A DNA stretch of 53,796 bases. Source: Deltaproteobacteria bacterium TL4 (GTDB lineage Bacteria; SAR324; NAC60-12). A program made the translations under genes and the position numbers. The stretch is from assembly GCA_051382335.1 (NCBI GenBank), contig JBBCAX010000167.1, positions 1 to 53,796 of the forward strand. Direction: 5' to 3'. The notes under the pieces were generated by a model. It did not search any database, was not told where the DNA came from, and saw only the letters and a program-made list of their open reading frames with translations. This document shows, piece by piece, positions 49,442 to 53,796 of this stretch. How positions within the stretch are numbered: the stretch's first letter is position 1; every line of letters starts with the position of its first letter.

Positions 49442-50053
49442 ATGTCAAAGTATCAGAGAGTTGTTTATTTTACCCATGGAAAAGAAAGTGGTCCATGGGG
49501 AACTAAAATTCAGTATTTAGCGGACATTGCCCAAAAGAAGGGGTTTGCTGTAGAAAGCCCTGATTATTCGGGAATGAGGGATCCCCGCGAACGTGTCGAA
49601 AAATTATTAAGTCTGAAGCCTGAAGCTTCCGAATATTTAGTTCTGATGGGTTCAAGTATGGGAGCCTGGGTAACGTTAATGGCATCAAAACGTCTTAACC
49701 CTCAAGGTCTTTTTCTGTTAGCACCCGCTGTTTATATTGGTGAAGGATACAGTCATCAAGCCCCTGAGCCTTATGGAAAAGTGATTGACATTATTCATGG
49801 CTGGCATGATGCTGTGGTTCCTGTGGAAAATGTGATCCGCTATGCACGAGAACATCAGGTTCGTTTACATCTGTTGGATAGCGAGCATCGCTTGACGGAT
49901 CAGATGAGTGTTCTAGGAAAGCTGTTTGCTTTATTTCTGGATGACGTGATGCAACCTCCCGAAGCCGACATCCGAAGTGAGTGGGAATTGGAGCAGGAAT
50001 CAAAGTTTCAAAAAGAGACCTTTGAAAAAGAAAAACCCCGAATACCCCGTTAA
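49442..50053 (+). CDS. Alpha/beta hydrolase (YqiA/YcfP-like)
   Basis: HGKESGP, GSSMG nucleophile elbow, HGWHD..V and EHRL motifs; AAGGAG RBS. Confidence 0.88.
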   Translation: MSKYQRVVYFTHGKESGPWGTKIQYLADIAQKKGFAVESPDYSGMRDPRERVEKLLSLKPEASEYLVLMGSSMGAWVTLMASKRLNPQGLFLLAPAVYIGEGYSHQAPEPYGKVIDIIHGWHDAVVPVENVIRYAREHQVRLHLLDSEHRLTDQMSVLGKLFALFLDDVMQPPEADIRSEWELEQESKFQKETFEKEKPRIPR

Positions 50054-50068
50054 CTCGAAGGAGGATGA

Positions 50069-50251
50069 ATGCTCAAAGGATTTCTGATTTTATTTGGCCT
50101 CTTGACTTTGGGCGCTGCCGCTCATGGCCTTGGAACAGCACGGGCTTTGGAAGAAGGTGAGTTAGAAGGCGCGTCAGGAGGCTTGGCCATAGGGTTGATG
50201 GGAATTGTTACCGCAGGAATTGCACCCTTTCTGGCCAACTGGTTGATTTAA
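50069..50251 (+). CDS. Small hydrophobic protein resembling an LrgB C-terminal fragment
   Basis: GGAGG RBS; GAAAHGLGTARALEEGELEGA...LAIGL.GI.TA matches the LrgB/CidB C-terminal pattern. Confidence 0.55.
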   Translation: MLKGFLILFGLLTLGAAAHGLGTARALEEGELEGASGGLAIGLMGIVTAGIAPFLANWLI

Positions 50252-50283
50252 TTGCTTTATGAATGAACTAAAAACAGGAAAAT

Positions 50284-50940
50284 ATGTTGAATAGAAGAAA
50301 AAGTTTAATGGGAATTATATTGGTTTTAGCTACGATGCTGTTTGCCGCCGATGCCATGGCGTTAGGATTACGTCTCCGCCTCTCTTTGCCACTAGGGGGA
50401 AGTGCTTCTGTTGATGGGTTTGGAGACGAATTTCCCGATGCGGGTGAATTTGGTTTGACGGTTTTAACTCCATTGAAAAAAGACTGGGACTTGGGAATAG
50501 GATATAGTTTTTTTAGTGTGGCTGTTGAAGAAACGATGAACAGTAACACCACGATTCTTAAAAATCAGGGTTCTTTTGCGATCCATCAATTGGATTTATC
50601 GACAAATTACACAGGGATCCCCTTGAATGATAAATATGACCTTTTGCTTAGTGTTGGCTTACAACTTCCCCTTTTCGGTCAGGGGAAAGTTAGCTCCGAG
50701 GTGAAAGCGATTACCAGTTCTGGAGTGGTATCCATTTCAGAATCCGATACTACTTCTCAAATCAGTGGTGGCGGCATTTTTCTGGGCGCAGGGGTTGAAC
50801 GCGGGCGCTGGGAGTTTTTACTTTATTACCGTCAAGTCGATTACTCCCTTGATTTAGTTGTTGAACGTATTGACGGTAATCGTTACGAAGTTGCGTTTCA
50901 TTCAACGGAATATGGCTTCAGTGTGGGTTATATTTTCTAG
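50284..50940 (+). CDS. Outer-membrane beta-barrel protein
   Basis: Signal peptide, amphipathic strands, C-terminal GFSVGYIF (terminal Phe). Confidence 0.75.
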   Translation: MLNRRKSLMGIILVLATMLFAADAMALGLRLRLSLPLGGSASVDGFGDEFPDAGEFGLTVLTPLKKDWDLGIGYSFFSVAVEETMNSNTTILKNQGSFAIHQLDLSTNYTGIPLNDKYDLLLSVGLQLPLFGQGKVSSEVKAITSSGVVSISESDTTSQISGGGIFLGAGVERGRWEFLLYYRQVDYSLDLVVERIDGNRYEVAFHSTEYGFSVGYIF

Positions 50941-50941
50941 G

Positions 50942-51682
50942 TTAATCCAATTTTTTAAATTCCTGAACCATTTGACGAAACACCTCCAACACTTCCGTTT
51001 GAGTATGGGGGTACCTTAAACGAAGGGTCACATGAGGTTTAACAGATTTCGAATCTGCGTAAATTCCTAAACGTATGGAGGACCAGTTTTTGCTGAATTG
51101 CTCCACTTCCGCTGCGATCTGCCCTTCGGAAAGAGGCAGATAAATTTCTTCCATTAGCCATTGTTGAAGATCACTATTTGCCAATAACTCTGTCAACGCA
51201 GGGGGAGCCATCGCGTGAAGCATTTTGGGAAATCCCGGAAAGCCATAGATCCCGTTTAGGTGAAAACCTGGTGCTCCGTAAGGATTAGGAATCAGCTCAC
51301 AACCTTCAGGTAACCATGCCATGCGTTGACGCTGAGTGTTGAAACGTCCTTGGTAGCGTTCTTCCAGAACTTTGAAACACTCGTCATGTTGTACCAACGG
51401 TACATTCAAGGCTTCGGCAATCCCCTCTCTTGTGCAATCATCATGGGTACCACCGATCCCGCCCGAAACAAAAATCGGGAAATGCCCCGAGTCCCGAAGT
51501 TGCCTAAGCCAGGTTGCAATGGTTGTCGTCTTGTCCGGCAAGGTTACGGCGAGATCAGCCGGGCAATGTTGGGATTGAAAAAGCTGAAACATCCAGTACA
51601 GGTTGTTATTCTCCAGCTCACCCAATATCAATTCATCCCCGACGGTAACTACTGCCGGGTTAATAGCATTCAGAAGACTCAT
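50942..51682 (-). CDS. CinA N-terminal-like / molybdopterin-binding domain protein
   Basis: TVGDELI.G, SGGIGGTHDDCT, NP.GAPGF and PGFP motifs; no PncC domain. Confidence 0.85.
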   Translation of the reverse strand: MSLLNAINPAVVTVGDELILGELENNNLYWMFQLFQSQHCPADLAVTLPDKTTTIATWLRQLRDSGHFPIFVSGGIGGTHDDCTREGIAEALNVPLVQHDECFKVLEERYQGRFNTQRQRMAWLPEGCELIPNPYGAPGFHLNGIYGFPGFPKMLHAMAPPALTELLANSDLQQWLMEEIYLPLSEGQIAAEVEQFSKNWSSIRLGIYADSKSVKPHVTLRLRYPHTQTEVLEVFRQMVQEFKKLD

Positions 51683-51755
51683 CTAAACTACAGGTAAACA
51701 GGGGTTGATCATCACTTCGGCCACTTTTTCAGGGGAAGGGGCTGGGATGAGGAGG

Positions 51756-51786
51756 AAAAACCTGAACGGAAAGAACCATTCAGGTT
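51756..51786 (-). terminator. Terminator after fbaA
   Basis: Minus strand AACCTGAATGG-TTCTTT-CCGTTCAGGTT followed by TTT. Confidence 0.65.
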
Positions 51787-51808
51787 GGCGACAAAGGTTC
51801 TTCGTGTT

Positions 51809-52837
51809 TTAGGTACCAAAGAGGGTTGTTCCCACGCTTTTGAGATCTTCACACGCCTGTTTGATTCGTAAGGACATCCCTTCTTCTGCTTTTTTCAAAT
51901 AGGATCGTGGATCATAAACCTTTTTATTACCCACCTCTTCTTCAATTTTGAGCACCCCATCATAATTTTTCATGACATGATCCACAATCGGTCGGGTAAA
52001 GGCGTACTGAGTGTCTGTATCAACATTCATTTTGATCACGCCATACTTCAAGGTTTCATGAATTTCAGAAAGCGCAGAACCGCTTCCACCATGGAATACC
52101 AAATCGAAAGACGCGGATTTACCGTATTTGCTAATGACCGCATCTTGCCCCTTTTTGAGAATGGAGGGCGTCAGTTTGACATTTCCCGGTTTATAGACGC
52201 CATGGACATTTCCAAAAGTCGCAGCAAGCAGATATCGCCCTTTACCATTCAAGGCCTTATAAACTTGGAGCATATCTTCGGGTGTGGTGTAAAGTTTCGA
52301 GGCATGCGCTCCAGAGTTATCAACACCATCTTCTTCACCACCAACGACACCCGCTTCGACCTCCAAAATTATTTCGTTTTTGGCGCACAATTCCAATAAC
52401 TCCGCGGAGAGGTTCATGTTTTCTTCAAGAGATAAATCTGAGCCATCAAACATGTGAGAGTTAAACAAATTCCCTTGTCCTGCAGCTCGTCGTTTAGCGG
52501 TTTCCTCAATCAGCGGTCGGAGAAAACTATCAACCTTACTGGCAGGACAATGGTCCGTGTGTACGGCAACATAGACCTTGTACTCTTTGGCAAGCAAGTG
52601 AATGTGATTTGCTAAACTAATGGCGCCAATCACCATTTTTTTGACACCTAATCCTGAAGCAAATTCGGCGCCTCCCGTAGAAATTTGAATGATTCCATCA
52701 CTTTTTTGTTCGGCAAATGCTTTTAGCGCAGCATTGGCGGTTATCATGGAACTGATGTTGATTCCAGGGTAAGCAAATTTATTTTTCTTGGCATTATCCA
52801 ACATGCGACAATAGGTTTGGTAATCTGCTACTGGCAT
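51809..52837 (-). CDS. fbaA: Class II fructose-bisphosphate aldolase
   Basis: HTDHC, SHMFDGS, GGEEDG, FGNVHGVYKPG, VFHGGSG and KMNVDTD motifs; AAGGAGG RBS. Confidence 0.97.
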   Translation of the reverse strand: MPVADYQTYCRMLDNAKKNKFAYPGINISSMITANAALKAFAEQKSDGIIQISTGGAEFASGLGVKKMVIGAISLANHIHLLAKEYKVYVAVHTDHCPASKVDSFLRPLIEETAKRRAAGQGNLFNSHMFDGSDLSLEENMNLSAELLELCAKNEIILEVEAGVVGGEEDGVDNSGAHASKLYTTPEDMLQVYKALNGKGRYLLAATFGNVHGVYKPGNVKLTPSILKKGQDAVISKYGKSASFDLVFHGGSGSALSEIHETLKYGVIKMNVDTDTQYAFTRPIVDHVMKNYDGVLKIEEEVGNKKVYDPRSYLKKAEEGMSLRIKQACEDLKSVGTTLFGT

Positions 52838-52874
52838 AAATCCTCCTTTATTGTTGGTAGTGAATCGCTGAAAT

Positions 52875-52899
52875 TAAAGGTCAAAACGTTTGACCTTTA
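52875..52899. promoter_or_regulatory. 11-bp perfect inverted repeat upstream of fbaA
   Basis: TAAAGGTCAAA-ACG-TTTGACCTTTA. Confidence 0.4.
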
Positions 52900-53258
52900 G
52901 ATGAAGAGATAACAAAGGATACTTAGCAAGTTTTCGTGCCGTTTCCTCAAAAGCATTTTTGTCGGCCTACGTTTCTTGAACCTCAAGAATCTTATGTCTC
53001 AATTGACAACTTCCTCAATATCATGTTCAGGGTTGTGTCCTTCCTGCGCGTAAGAAACAAATGAATGGTGACTCGTCCTTAGGCGCCTCAAACTATACCC
53101 TGGATTAGGGCATTACAAGCTTTTTAAATCAAACACTTTAGCCGTCGTTATCATCGAATTGGAATAGATCTGAGTTAATCAAATCATGCAACGCTATCGC
53201 TCCAAACAACTCATTCAAAAAATCAAGAATTTTTTCTAACGGGGGGTGTGTTTTTCGG

Positions 53259-53796
53259 GGCTCTTCAATATTTCCCGTGGTTTTTTATTTCTATGAATGA
53301 GGAATCATGGCAACATTTGAAGTGGAATTGGATATTCCAGAGGTCAAAATCTCGAAAGTCGAAATGAACAAAAATGGAATTTGATAATTACCGTTGAGAG
53401 TGAGGTTGAAGGTACCCATTGTCATCTATGTGGTAAAAAAATCACTAACCTCATGGTCATGATAAGGAAATTACCTTACGCCATTTATCCATTTTAGGTA
53501 GAAGAACTTATATTCGTATCTGTCCCAAGAGATACCAATGTACCAATTGTTCAGGCAACCCGACAAGCACTCAAAGTTTATCATGGTATGATTTGAAGAG
53601 TCCACAGACCAAGGAGTACGAAAATCATGTGTTACTTCAGTTAATCAATAGTACTATCATTGATGTCAATATTAAGGAGTCTTTAGGTGAAAAGGCTGTC
53701 CTGGGTATCGTAAATCGTTATGTTGGTACGCAGGTCGATTGGAAAACAATTAAGAGCTTAGACGTGCTAGGAATCGATGAGATATCCTTAAAAAAG
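53259..53796 (+). mobile_element. ISL3-family insertion sequence (left end; truncated by the window)
   Basis: Starts with GGCTCTT, the typical ISL3 terminus, followed by a transposase reading frame. Confidence 0.85.
53307..53796 (+). pseudogene. ISL3 transposase, frameshifted
   Basis: ATG 53307 (MATFEVELDIPEVKI), then CHLCG, LRHLSILGRR...RYQCTNC and LGIDEISLKK; two frameshifts near 53380 and 53448 are needed to join these. Confidence 0.85.

Noticed and set aside
52925..52941. Sigma54 promoter for fbaA (CGGCACG-AAAAC-TTGCT)
   Set aside because: GG-to-GC spacing is 11 nt rather than the required 10.

Overview
Bacterial chromosomal segment with mostly housekeeping genes; gene content suggests a deltaproteobacterial/SAR324-like organism (inference only). 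Both ends run into probable insertion sequences: at the left an element appears to have decapitated a hybrid histidine kinase, and at the right is a frameshifted ISL3 transposase. Genes include metK, ptsH, aroE, xseA, metA, mtnP, rodZ, a radical SAM protein, rsfS-murB-ftsQ-GspE/PilB ATPase, a dppBCD-like transporter, an acyl-CoA synthetase, a STAS protein coupled to a tyrosine recombinase, an MBL/cNMP protein, LtaS-like and GT39 envelope enzymes, two paralogous unknown proteins, argD, a PHP phosphatase, a tandem-DciA-like protein, a large NAD-GDH, manC plus a TMTC-like TPR glycosyltransferase facing two type IV pilin-like genes, ilvB/ilvN, a CinA-like protein and fbaA. Highlights: (1) three copies of a composite miniature element, a REP-like palindrome doublet inside TAGAY-ended termini, two of which supply host stop codons and one of which carries an Rpn-like gene fragment; (2) a candidate pilin O-mannosylation locus; (3) structured non-coding regions upstream of metK and at about 49.2 kb. 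No CRISPR array, rRNA or tRNA was recognised.
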